Source: Amoebophrya sp. A120 (lineage: Eukaryota > Protista > Dinoflagellata). From it: a stretch of DNA of 64,000 nt. The notes below the pieces were generated by a model that had not been told where the DNA came from, made no database searches, and saw nothing but the letters and a program-made list of their open reading frames with translations. The stretch is from assembly GCA_905178155.1 (NCBI GenBank), contig CAJINV010000001.1, forward strand, positions 9,321,865-9,385,864, in the 5' to 3' direction. This document shows positions 11,714 to 24,111 of the stretch, piece by piece; position 1 is the stretch's first letter, and each line of letters opens with the position of its first letter. The position numbers were made by a program, and so were the translations under genes.

Positions 11714-13168
11714 ATGCCGTCTTCACAATCTCCAGTGAAAAAGTTTTTCATTGAGGAGCCGTATGTTTCTCCGGTGAAGCCAAAAAACGACACCGAGGTT
11801 GAGACGATTCTCGGGAAGAAGAAGACGCCAGAAAAAAATGACGATGCTGAACAGGATCTGCTAGCAGAAGTGGAGGATGTTGAGGAGCCAAAACCGCTTG
11901 TCAAGATCAAAGACGCATTGGAACAGGCTGCAATTGCTGAGCCAGCGGTTGCTAAAGCAGAAATAGACGAGGCAGACAAGATGCACTACTGTTCGAAGTA
12001 TAGTCATAGCATCTTTCTATCATGCGAGACGTTATCTTCTTTTTTTGAGTGCGAAGGATGCAATTTTACATCAACATGTCGGATTTTCTTAAGTCGCTGC
12101 TATCTACTGTGGTAGTGCATTTCTGTACCTCTCGTTTCAGATGGTGCCCCTGCTTGAGTGCATTTGCATTCTTATGCGCCCTGTTGACCCTGCCGCATGC
12201 TGTGGCGCCGCGCGCTTACTCGCTTGTGCTTACCGCTGGCTTGGCGGAATTGCCTTCTTTGACTGCCACAGCACGACGCGCCACCGCTCACGGTATTAGC
12301 TACGACCCAGTTGTGTAGATACATACCTACCTCGGGGTGACGAGTAATAAGTAACAATAAGTGCCAAAGTGCAATAAATGTATGACTGTGAGCGCACGAA
12401 TAGTTCTTGTACGCCAAGAAGTTGCGCACACGCTGTTTTCGTGCAGGGCGTTGGTAGCGTTTCTTGAAAACGGGGCAACAACACACAAGGTGCGCAAAAA
12501 AAATCATACTGCTTGAGTATGATTCTGAAGGGAGATAGATATATTTATCTACTTTTTTGAATATATTCCAAATCAGGGCGAAATGCTGGAATTTTGTGCT
12601 CCCTGGCAAGAAGACCTGCGGCAAAGACGGATGCCAGAAGCACACGTACGAGATCACAAGAGACAACATTGCCTCCGTGAAGGGGCACTACCGAAAGTCC
12701 AGCACGGGCAGCATGCACTACGTCAAAGGCTTCGAGCGCGCCGGCGGCCAGGCTTTGAAGGCCATGGAGCACACTCCGCCGCGCAAAGGATACCAGACAA
12801 AACAGCTGCTCCAGGAAGAGTACCAGAAGCTGTGTGAAGATGACGCGGCGGCGGCCCCAGCAGCGGCAATCGAGGACGCGGCGGGGGGCTCGAGCTCCTC
12901 AGCGGCTAAAGAAGTTTCGGCAGCAGAAGGACCGGAGAAAAAAGAAGATGATACAAATGTAGGCGTGTCCGGCGAGCAGCACAATGCGAGGGACGAGCCC
13001 GCTGCCGCGGGACCCAAGGAGCCGGCGACGAAAAAGAGAAAAATGTCCAAAGCGGTTGCGGAAAAGCAGGAAGAACATGAGGAACTCAAGAAGATGATCG
13101 AAAAGATCAATAGTGCAAGCGCGACACAATTCGCTGAGAAACGGTGGGACCTGCACCCGCGAGACTAG
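11714..13168 (+). CDS. Hypothetical protein with Cys/His cluster (C-x4-C...C-x4-C-x2-H), 2 exons
   Basis: ORFs 11714 and 12557 join through a GT-AG intron at 11998-12576, giving HYCSKAKCWNFVLPGKKTCGKDGCQKH. Confidence 0.65.
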
Positions 13169-14405
13169 AGGAACAAGAAACCATTGCTCTAGCAGTAGAG
13201 CGTATTTGTTAGGTTTCGGAAGCTGCTCTCCTGTTTGTGTACCACAACAAACTACAGTATGAAGTCTTCGGACGAAGAAAACAATGAAATGCTCTAAAGT
13301 GTACTGAATGAGGATAGTCCTCGCAGAGCTTATTTTTTGGTGCTCGGTCTCCTAAGTCGCACGACTCAGAAGAGTTACTAGGCGGGAAAGGAACTACAAG
13401 TTTTGTGTCAATTGTGACTAAGGAATCCTGATGAGAAAATGATGGAAAGTGTTAAGCTCCCAGCCACCTGTGTCATTTTCCCGAAATAAAAGAACTGTCC
13501 GCGCAGGTGTGAACGATCGTGGCGCGTCTAAGTATCCGCAGAACTCGAGGACACATAAAATGCCTCACCCCTAGACCTATAGTTCGCTTTGTGATTTAAC
13601 GGAAAAGTTCACGGCACAGAAACGCGGAGTTGTGATTAATATCATTCAACAAAATCAATGTAAATAAAAGGTCGTGTTGTAACCGCTTGTAAATTTCTGA
13701 GCTAGTACTACTAGAAAGCAAAAACAAAACTTTCTGAAGCGACAACCGTACACTAGCAGTCATGTGTCGTGCGCGGTCTTCAGTGCAAGCTGCTAGTTGC
13801 GTCGCGCAACTCCCTTCCCCACAGAAGTGGCTTGTTCGTTGTGTTTCATGTTATTTTTTCTTTGGTTTTCATCTTGGAAAAACAAAATCCAGGCTCTGAG
13901 AGGTGTCAGAACGTGCTTCAGTCCGGGCAAGGTACGATCAGTTGGATGCAAGTAGTTTCCAGCAAAGGAGATAACTGTACTGGAACGACCGAACCGCTCG
14001 CAAAGATTCGGTCATTTTTTTCGAAAAGAGTTTTCAAGAAAACGGGTGCATTTGTGTGGGAAGTTCAGTACATATGCGGTAACAGATACAGACGTAGTAT
14101 AGTCGTTAATACAGCATACTGATACATAACTGAAAGTGGTATCATGGATGGTGGGCTTTTAGTGATTGATGGCTAATAGAAGTCCCGGAGTTGCTGTGAT
14201 CATCACAAATTTGGCTATCTTTCTGCGACACGATGATCTTCTGACTTCTCTGCGTGTCAGAAAATATGGCGGCACGGAGCTGCAGAGGCAGACTGAGTAT
14301 GAGGGGCTAATAGGCGGGTAGGGGAAGATTGTTCTGCCGCCATAGTACATTGTCCTGCAGCGGTTCTCCACCGGTTTCTTTTCTACGTTCGTGCCACGAG
14401 CCACC

Positions 14406-15089
14406 ATGGTCGCTGCGGGTCTGATGGATGCCGCGATGGGTCGTGTAGGACTTCTTGGTCCTCCACTGCAAGATTCCACGAGAACACCGACGAACGTGAG
14501 CTCTACCGCAACATCTGCTATGATAGCCGCCTTAACAACATCTACGAACCCTCTGTCCACGTCGATGGCCACCAGCACGAAGCAAGCCGTAGAAGAAGGA
14601 AACACCTCGATAACTGCGCCGGAGAACATCATCTGGCTCCCCGTGGAGTGGGCCCACCTCCTAGTGGCGTGCATTTTGTTGTTGTCTTTCATCGTCGCCT
14701 TCTATGCCGTTGCAGATCTCCACGGTAGTTGCGACCAGGACCGCTCGTCGTGTTCGTCCTCCGCTGCCAGTGCAGGACCAGAGGATCAGTTTATTGAGGA
14801 TGAAGAAGCTGTTGACGTTGAGCCGCTTCTCACTGGGAAGACGGGACGAGCGCAGGAGGATAAGGCGATGATCTCGGGGGAGATTATTCGAGATCCAGTC
14901 TATTCATTCCGCGGTACTAAGGAACTGATGAGCAGCAGCGACATAGTAATTTCAGGGCCGGGGAAGACGGAATCGACAGACGCTCTGAACAGGACGTCGC
15001 CGAAAGCCACACTAATCGCAGCGAGCAAAATCGACATGCGTGCCAGTCGTTACAAGAAGCTCCAGATGTTGAAGAGCAAAGGAGTATAG
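14406..15089 (+). CDS. Single-pass membrane protein with Ser/Thr-rich N-terminus
   Basis: ORF of about 227 aa with one hydrophobic segment (WAHLLVACILLLSFIVAFYAVA). Confidence 0.55.
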   Translation: MVAAGLMDAAMGRVGLLGPPLQDSTRTPTNVSSTATSAMIAALTTSTNPLSTSMATSTKQAVEEGNTSITAPENIIWLPVEWAHLLVACILLLSFIVAFYAVADLHGSCDQDRSSCSSSAASAGPEDQFIEDEEAVDVEPLLTGKTGRAQEDKAMISGEIIRDPVYSFRGTKELMSSSDIVISGPGKTESTDALNRTSPKATLIAASKIDMRASRYKKLQMLKSKGV

Positions 15090-16453
15090 TATTGCTGGTG
15101 GCCCTGTTGTTTTTTGTTGATGTTCTTGATCGTCTATCGTCAGCATCATCATCAGCATCCGATGCCTGTCAATGTCGTTTCGTTGTTTCTGAGCAGCTGT
15201 CCTCGTACGGAATGTTTTAAGATATATGTTATACGAACTACAGGTAAAAGCACCGTCCCTGTCAAGAGTCGTCCACGAAAATTGGTTTATCAACACGGTC
15301 TGAACCATAGCAGGGACCGGAGAACCTGCTCGTGGGAGACAGAAGAAAGTTGATTTGAACAGCACGACAGGGCAGAGTCAGTGACAGGGTACTTATCTTG
15401 AGAATACAGTTTGATGGAGAAAAAATAACTAAGAATGACAGTCCTCCTGTGGTTGTTGCAACTAGTAAAGCAGCCCGAGAGAAAAGGGGCGCGAGGCTTC
15501 CACGCTAGTAGGCGTAAACAAATTTATTTCTAATGCTCAGATAGACCAGGATCAGGTTTCTGTTTCGAAGTCCTTTTTCATATCTACAGTGAAGGCACGC
15601 AGAAGATACAGCGTTGATTGATACAAGTTGGATGGGAGTTGATATGTAAGCGCTACACGACGAGGGCTTCCTTGATGAATTTGAAAAAGTTTAACGAAGT
15701 ATATCTTCTTCATTTGAAATAGAAATGATAAAGCCTCCACCTGCTGGGGAAGTCAAATGTTTGTACAATTTTGTGTGGAGAAGTCGGAAAAAAGAACAAA
15801 AGTAGCCGACTGCAGCATGATGGTCGTGGAGTATAGATTTAGCTGATACATCAATCCTCTATGGGATGCTGTTCCATGGTCCGCATCGTGGCACGTAGCA
15901 AGTGAAAAACAGTGGTAGTACGCTATGCACGAATATGTTAATGTTGTGTTACAAAAAAGCACGGTGTCTTTTTTTGCAGCCACCCGGCAGCTTCTGAGAT
16001 CTATCACGCAAAGAGAAGTATTGACTCTCGTCAAAGTTAAATAACAGCGACAAATCTTCTAGGATTCTTCAAAAAAGATTGAGAAGCAAATAGCGATGTC
16101 TTCTTATGTTTTTTTCAGACTTGATGTCAAATTAATTCTTGAGCGTCAATCCGACACCATGTTAAACTGATGAAAGCTACACTGTCGCGTTTGACGCCAC
16201 ACAACACCAAAAAATATTGGAGCATGAGTAAATTTCCCCCTTCGTTTACAAAAGTTGAGAATTTGCTTGATCTTAGACTGGCGATGTGAACTACTTAGGC
16301 AAAAAACTACACGAAAGCAGATATCTGTACATATCGAGTTGTTATGTTCGAGTGGCCAGCTTCCAGTAAATAAAGGAAGCACGACCAGCTTCATTCTCAT
16401 TCTTCTTCCCCGGCTAAGTGGGAGGCCACAACCAGCCCAACCCAGCATCGAAT

Positions 16454-19400
16454 ATGAATTCCGACGACGAGGTGAAGGATATGCGGCGGCCGTACGGGCC
16501 GCTAATTTACCGTTCCTGGGGCGACAAGAGCCGCGTGTACAATACGCACGGATGGCGGGTGTTTTGCGATTCCAAGGACAAAGAAAACGAGCGCCAGCGC
16601 AAGGCCAGGCTGTCGTACGAAACCAAAATCGCACTGGGGGACGATACTCAGTCGGAGGGCATGGTAACGGTGAAGTGCATACCGAAGTAAAAAATCCACC
16701 ATCCGCCTCGTCCTCCTCCCTGAAACTTTTGTTGCTGGATTTTTTGTGCACACAAATCAGTTGTGCAGTTGTGAATGATTGGAGGTAGTAGATGGCAAGC
16801 CTACGTAAGGAGGGTGTTTTGGTGTAGGTGCTTAGAGCATGGCAGAGGTCCGCGTCGTAGGCGCAGCCACTGCCACAGCTTTACAAATCGCCTACATAAA
16901 AATGCGGCGGACTTTCTGGCCTTACCTTCTTGCAAGACAGACACACCGCCAATCAGCATCACAAAAGTGCAGCAGCGTTCATAGACGGTAGATTATACTC
17001 ATTGAGTACGTGTACGGTTATGGGGTCGAGGGGGGACTTTTCCTCGCGATAGTGCTTCGACGAGAGCGACGAGGGGTCGGATGCCGGTCTGGAGTATCTA
17101 TGCATTGCAAATACCTTTGGGGCTTGGTCAGATACTAGGAAGAAGATTGTATTGCAGGTTTGTGAATAATTAATGCAGGTTGCTCTGTACTGCTAATGCA
17201 CAGCTAAGCATGACAAATATTTCTGCGTCCGTAGCTGCTTGCGGCGACGGTGCAAAGGTTTTTGATGTGGTGCAGTCGGGTATGCATGGAAAATATTTCT
17301 GCGCGGCTACCAGGTTGCGTACATCAGAATAAACTGCGTTTTTGCGTGACAAGCGAAGAAGTCTGGGCACGCATCACAAACTCTACAGCAATATCAGACA
17401 CGCATGGGAAGGATGCATGAAAAATCTTGCAATCTCCCACAGGACCCAGACATGTTTGCATTTGATAGTATCTGGACCGCGACGACAACGATCTCAGCGA
17501 GCTCGAGAGTAACCGGCCTGGTCGTCCTGGTGCAACATCTTCTACTGCGGGGAGGTTCATCGACGGTAAAAATGATACAGGAGAAGGAGAAAAAGATGAT
17601 CAATCTGCATCCGGATTGAGTGAGGAGGAGGACAACAGGAGCGTTTTATTGACGAGCGATTCGGAAGTGGATGCGTTTCACGCAAAGAACAGTAGCAAAA
17701 ACTCTGCTGACCCACAACCAACCACACATGCGGCGACTGCTGCTCCGTCGCAGGCGAACAATGATAGAGGAGAGGAAAAGCAACCGGCGGCTAAGAAGCA
17801 GCGTAAAGATCAAAGTAAAGGAGTAGATGTTGATGCTGCCGGGTCTAAAAATGCTCCTGGTGAGAAAAAAACAACGCAATCTGCCGGCGCCGCGGCTAAG
17901 GTGGACAGAAAGGAAGGTAAGGCGGCGGCTGGTTCTCAGGCGAAGGCGAAAGCTAAGGCAAAATCGAAGGTGCCAGCTTTAAAGAGGCCGAAGGGTATGG
18001 ACAAAAAACGGTTTGCCGCCTTTGGCAGACTTATCATTCAGACAAGGGCTAGCATATATATTTGTCTTGTAGTGTCCAGTTCCGCATGAAAGCAGAACTA
18101 GACACACAAGACGAAACGAAGAGCAGCCACAGGCTTTTTTTTGACACACTCGAGAGAACTCTGTGCATTAGACATAGCCTCAGTTGTAGTGCAGAGAGGA
18201 AAAAGAAGAAGCACCACTTTATACACCATTTTATGATTTTTTTTCTGGTGTCTCACATGCATTTACACAGCGTCAGTGCCGGCCTGCCCTTCCGATTTCC
18301 ATTTCGTATGCTCGCTTGTTTCTGTGTGATAAAAGTGCACGCGGAACTCAGCAATGCGGTCGGGTACAGTGGCGACTTCGATTTGTTGAGTCCCCCTGCA
18401 GCACCGCCACAGCAGCTCCCTGCGGAAGGAGAGAAGAAGCACAGCAAACACACTCAAAATGCTATTTTTAAGCAGGATACTGGAACCAGCAGAACATCCA
18501 CAGCAAACAATGACCGTGGCCGACGGGGAGCTGGGCCAGAAACAAAAAATCCTGGCAGCAGCTCCACCCGGCCAGGCTTCGGCGCGCGTGCCGTAGTCAC
18601 TCCAGGAGCGAAGGCGAAGGCAGCTCAACCGGTCCCCGAGACTCCCCGATCGCTTCTGTTTTCCTCTTCCCTCGAGAACGACGACGACGACGGCCCTGGG
18701 AGCTTCCGTGGGTCGGCCGGAAAGCAGACCGAGAACTCGTTTTCCCGAAAATTTGCAGAGTCACGTCCTCAGACGGAATCTGCTTACGCACCCTTGTTTT
18801 CGCCTGCGAACAGAACTACGAAGGTTCACGTTCATGACAAGAAAGCGGGAGCGGCACCGTCGTCATCTTCTTCCGCATCATCGTTCCCGACCAAGCAGCC
18901 GCTCCCCACAGGCCCGGGAGTATCGTTGTCGGGTCACCGGTCAACGCAAAACCAGCCGGGTGTTGAGGCCGCGCGGAGTTCGTCCCGCACTTTCGTGGAG
19001 GGCGGGGGCACGAAAGCGTCGAAGATGACGGAGCAAAAATCTACAGGCGCTGCGGGTTCCGGCAAGCCTACGACCGCAGCAGCCTCGTCCCGCACGACAA
19101 CTCATAGTACCACGACCGCGTCTACTCTCGGCTCTGGTGGTCGCGACGCCAGTGCTGGAGAAAGCAAGAAGACGTATTATCCGAAGGCGACCACCGGGCA
19201 CCAGCAACCGCAGGCGAAGCTGAGCAATATCGGGCGACAACGTGCGGAAATGGAGAAAAGGATGGCGATGGCGGTAGTGTATGACGAGACCAACATTTCG
19301 TCGCTCGACGGGCACAGGCGCGACGAGGCGTTCTTGGACGTCCTGGAAGTGGTGCGGACTGCCTTCGTGCGGGGAAACGCCTCGCCGGGTCAGCTGCAGC

Positions 19401-21154
19401 AGATAGACTTGGCGTACAACGATGTGTACGCGCACTTGAAGGTCCAGAACAAAAAGCTGGTCAACCTGGGCGCCCTCGAGAAGTTGGAGCACGTTACCCC
19501 CGCTGTGATGCGCCTCGTAATTCAGCACGGCGGCTACGTGCCGCACGCGCGAGACCAAACGAACAAGAACCTGCCAGCCGCGGGAAACCGGCCTGGAGAG
19601 GTGGGCGGACCACGCGGGGGCGTGGGCGGGGCGGCGGAGAAGCAGGGAATTTCAAGTAATGCTGCCGTCAGCGGTAGTACCAAAAGCGGATCCGCGACAT
19701 CAAGTCAGCGACGTGAGCCCACTGCAGCTGCTCCACCCATGACATCCTCATCTACAAAGTCCAACAGGAACTACACAACCACAATGACTGGCACACCACT
19801 TCTTCAATCATCGAACAACAACACTGGAAAAGCTGGGCCGCCCCCTCGTAGCGGCGGTGTCTCGCCAAAGCTGCGACCCGGAAGTAGTCGTCAGAACACG
19901 CCGTTGCTTGCACCTGCAGCTTCTTCGTTCCGCGGCCGGGGGCCGGTGCACAACGTAGCGGATGTCCTTGCCGGCATCGACGTCCAAAAAAATAGACAAG
20001 CCGCGGCTGCTGCAACAACGAGTACAACTACGGGAGTGAGAAGTAAAAGTGGAACGGTATGCAGATGAAAATTGCTAGTGCCATCAACATTTTGCGACAG
20101 AACAATCATGAACGCCGAGCGATCCACAAATCCGCGACGAGACGACATTATTGACAACATCTGATATGCTTTCTGTGAGGTACAACTTGCAGCTACTACT
20201 TCGCCTATTTTAAACATGCGTACCGGTTTCAACATGAATACAAATTGACGAGGACGGCAATTTTTTTCGACTGTAAAAACACCACTTCTGCGCACAAATG
20301 TCTTAGACCAGCAGGAAGACAATGAGCGCGCGACTATGAACAAACAAGGAACAAACTACAATCCGTCCGGCGGTGCGTCTCCGTCAGCCGTCCCAGGTGG
20401 TGCAGTGGAGAGACCAACCGGAGCAGAGATGAACTGCGTAAAGAAACCGGATCCGTTCCTTCGAGTGAACGCTTCCTCTGAAGAACAAGCGTCGAGTTCT
20501 TGGGGGATAAATAACCGGAAAATCGGCGCTGAAATGAGATCAGGTTCTAGTACTTTGTTCACTACGATGTCTTCTGTGCGCAAAGCTCCCGTCCAAGGCC
20601 CTTTGCAACGCGTCGAAGTGGTGGAGTTATCCTCCTCGTCAGACGAGGACAAGCGGACGATGAAGACAAAACGGGCAACTACAGGCGGTACAACCGGCAG
20701 ATCTAGTACCAGTTCTTATTCTGGACGACCAGCACCAGGTTCATCCTCGCGCCACCCCACGCGTGCCGTTGCAGTGCGGACCGCTGCAGACGATACGTCT
20801 GGCAATAAGAACCGGAGTTGTATTAGAGAGAGCAGTGGCAGCGCAAATGAGAACAAAACGACGCGTACGTGGTGTTACCTGGATGACAAGGGGAATTTAG
20901 TATCTAAGCGGTCCGACGCGTCGAGGTCGGAGAGCAACGGTGTGGTGCAGTACAAGGTAGTAATTTTCCAACGGCGTCCTCCAGAACAACAACAAAGTCC
21001 TAGCGACGAGAACAACTACCCGGGTAGTAGTATTGTATCACGAGAGCGACTTTTTGCGTACATTCCTTCCACCAAACACCCTCCATGGAAAAAGGCTGTG
21101 CCTGAGGAACTTCGTCGTCTTGGCTCTTTGAATATCGCTGGAAAGCAGCTGTAG
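16454..21154 (+). CDS. Large multi-exon low-complexity hypothetical protein
   Basis: ORFs 16418, 17616, 18062 and 20336 can be linked by GT-AG introns plus elements E3 and E4 (…SDAGLEYLDRDDNDL…). The 5' microexons are approximate. Confidence 0.6.
17099..17467. mobile_element. TIR introner-like element E3 (degenerate family A)
   Basis: Right end GACCCAGACATGTTTGCATTTGATA matches family A. Left end TATGCATTGCAAATA is decayed. TSD GTATC (17094-17098, 17468-17472). Removal restores the frame. Confidence 0.85.
18032..18331. mobile_element. Decayed TIR introner-like element E4
   Basis: TATCATTCAGACAAG... vs ...CTTGTTTCTGTGTGATA. Flanks AGACT/AAAGT (3/5). Element+5 nt is frame-compatible, but a GC-AG intron at 18025-18335 fits equally well. 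Confidence 0.6.
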
Positions 21155-22040
21155 CTGTGAGTGCGCAATTTTTAAACCTCCAAGGGTGCGAAGTACAAGT
21201 ACTTGCGAGAAGAAGCAGAATAAGAAAATTGATGATGGAGTTGTTGTAAATGGCCCAAGAAGTCCGAACCCGAAGACGAGGGAGCGGAGCTGCTTGGGAG
21301 CAGTACAAATTTCTTAAATTTTGCCTAACAGATTGATATAGAATACAGTCGATGTTGTGCAAACCCAAGTTTTTTGAAAACGCCATTTTTCTTGAAGATT
21401 TTGCCAATAGGCTGCTGTATTTTGGCTCTGCGAAACAAGTGTTGCGACGAGCAACGTTGCGGCGCATCTAGACAGATGTTGTACATCGACAACAACTCCG
21501 CGTCTAGTGGTCACATGATGTTCATGTTCGCCTTCGATATGAGGGATGGCCACCGCAAGTTCATTCGGTATTTTTTGTTCCTTGATATTTTTCTTTACTT
21601 CGTTTTTCTTTTTCCTTGTTTCGTAGCTTTGTCTCTGTGTCCAGACAGTCGATGAATTCGGCATGGACAAAAATTCGTCGGTGTGTGCTTCATCTTCACC
21701 TTTCGTCTTAAAGTTCCTAGCTCCGTCGTTTGTGATGTGGTAAGACGCATCAGGAAGATTCAAAGCTAGAGACGAGTCGTTGAGAGCTGGAGGAACTACG
21801 AACTTGGGCACGCAGTACCATGAGAGGGATACCGGGAGTCAGACCTGCTCAGCCGGCTGTATCAATGCTGCCCAACTCACTAGCCACTGCTACTAGTATA
21901 CTACTTTTGATTTCTGCAGATGTTCATAGAAACTACAACCTCGAGTCACCGCTTTTAACGAACTGGTGTTTTTTTTTCCGGTGAAAATAAGAACGAAGGA
22001 CAAGGAGAGAAAGGAAAACACGCATCTCGCGGATTTAAAA

Positions 22041-23120
22041 ATGGGGACTTCAGAGGACCCGGCTCGTGATCTGGCTGTCGATGAAAACGCAGCTCACGAC
22101 CCCGCAGCAGTTACCACGCCACCAGCGCTAAAAACGGAAACGATAATCGAAAAGAAGCAGGTCCTCTCTTTCGCGCCAATAAATCGCATCTCCTCTGCTT
22201 CAACTTTCCGGCAACAGCTTTTGGACATTCGAAAGGACACGGTGCGAAGCTTGGCGCTGTCCTCGGATGCGAGCACCGCCCCTGCCGGGACTGCCCTTCA
22301 ACATCCGCAGAACCTGCAGTCTGATCGCACTCTCTCCACGGCGACCGCGGTGCCTACGTCGAGCCCGAAAGGCGCTTCGACGACCGTGCTTCGCCGGACA
22401 GTCGGCTGTCTCTGCCTCGGCGTCTGGGGCCTACCAGTTGCGATATTCATAGTGTTGACTCAGTTCTTCAGCTGCGGAGAAATCGATACTGACGAGGCGA
22501 TCATTGCGGTCGCCTACGCAGCCGGTTGCATTTTGGGGCTACTTACGATGCCCATTTGGGGCCCGGTGCTGTGGTTTCTCTCTCGGTCGAAGAGAAAGGC
22601 CGAACTGCAAAATGAAGTAGTGCTCCGACAAGACACGTCCGCTGCCAGTAGCGTAGGATCGTCTATTGTCCTTCAGGTTGAAGAAACAGGTCAGAAAAAT
22701 GGAAATGCGCAAGTCGAGCGGCCGCGCCTCCTCACTCTCGCGAAAAAAGATGGCGCAACGGCAGGCCGAGCACCTGCTGCATCCGCTGGGGAAGCCGCCG
22801 AGGAAAAAGGACAAGGCGGCGGACCTGCAAAAGAAGTTTCCTCAGAGGGGATGTCGGGAAAAGGTAACTTTCAAAGTGCCGGAGAAATCATAAAGAGGCC
22901 CGACGAGGGCCGTGTGGAGCCGCTTAGTGGAACTTCCCTATCATCATTCTCAGTCTCCATCGGTACCGATTCCGTTCCTGAAGTCGACACTACCAAGATC
23001 GACACAACTGGTGAGCGCTATCGTGCCTCGAATCCTGTTGTTTTTGCGTCCTTCTTGAAGAACGGTCTGCGGGCCGGTCTGAAAAGGACCACTTCCATTA
23101 TATACATGCCTGTCGATTGA
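22041..23120 (+). CDS. Membrane protein with two predicted TM helices
   Basis: Single ORF. Hydrophobic segments VGCLCLGVWGLPVAIFIVLTQFF and AIIAVAYAAGCILGLLTMPIWGPVLWFL. Confidence 0.7.
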   Translation: MGTSEDPARDLAVDENAAHDPAAVTTPPALKTETIIEKKQVLSFAPINRISSASTFRQQLLDIRKDTVRSLALSSDASTAPAGTALQHPQNLQSDRTLSTATAVPTSSPKGASTTVLRRTVGCLCLGVWGLPVAIFIVLTQFFSCGEIDTDEAIIAVAYAAGCILGLLTMPIWGPVLWFLSRSKRKAELQNEVVLRQDTSAASSVGSSIVLQVEETGQKNGNAQVERPRLLTLAKKDGATAGRAPAASAGEAAEEKGQGGGPAKEVSSEGMSGKGNFQSAGEIIKRPDEGRVEPLSGTSLSSFSVSIGTDSVPEVDTTKIDTTGERYRASNPVVFASFLKNGLRAGLKRTTSIIYMPVD

Positions 23121-24111
23121 TAAGACGAGGACTCTCATGAAACCAAATCGATCCACGTCATTATACCTATGTAAAAGTCCGTGAGGCGCCGCAGCGCAGA
23201 ATTCGGCGTCTCTAGTGCCGTGTAATTTTCTATCCACACTGAAAACATACAAGAAAAACTAAAACAATGGAAACAACAAAGGGAAAGGGAATGGACATGG
23301 TCACTGCGAACGAAATTTCGTCGAGAAATGAAATTAGAATGTAGCATGCCTCGTGCGCCAGGCCTGAGCATGTGTGTGAAGATTATGATCAGCTCAACAA
23401 GAGTGTGCGATCACACTGGACTTCGCTTCTTCGCAAGTAATATGAAGAGCATATGAAAAACACGAAACGCAGGCTATCGAGTCAGTGCGATAGGTCTATG
23501 TTCGGTACGACATTGGGACGATAGTTCACAAGCAGCGCCAAATACCAGTAGAATTAATATGAGCCCTACCTCTTCAGCGGTTCCACCATATGTTTTTGCT
23601 CTGGTTCATCCAGCCTTCGATTACAATAGAGTGCTATCATGGCACATCGATCTGAGCGGCAATTCTCTCAATTTTTTCCCACTGCGGCGTTCTTTCCTCG
23701 GTGCAATGTTTTCATCTTCTCTTTTCGCCTTTTCCGCATTGGACAAGGAAGCAGGATCACGTGCTGTTGAAAGACCACCTTCTTTACATAAATTCAATTT
23801 TATTTGAAGGAACTGCGACTGCCGCGATGCGTTTTTTGAATTTTAAAAAAAGCCTAACGTCGAGCTAGAAAGAACTCTCACTTCTTATTTTCTGATTTGA
23901 CATTTCTCACCATGCAATGCTTGTGTATGTTTCGGCGGCTTATTTTGCGGAATTGCAACACACAGTGACTAGACTACGTAACTACGCGAGGTTCATAAAA
24001 ATCGTTCCATTCTATTTTAGCTCTTCGCACACCGCCTCCCTCAAAAACATCGTCCGAGACATTCTTACTCACAGCAGGGGCAGCACCCGCAAGACGAATC
24101 TTTCTTTAAAC

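Noticed and set aside
11994-12583. Intron as a TAT-type introner (flanks CGAAG/CGAAA)
   Set aside because: No TIR or ATA end, and an in-frame GT-AG explanation exists.
21314-21811. 165-aa minus-strand ORF
   Set aside because: GTG start, no motif and no supportable exon structure.
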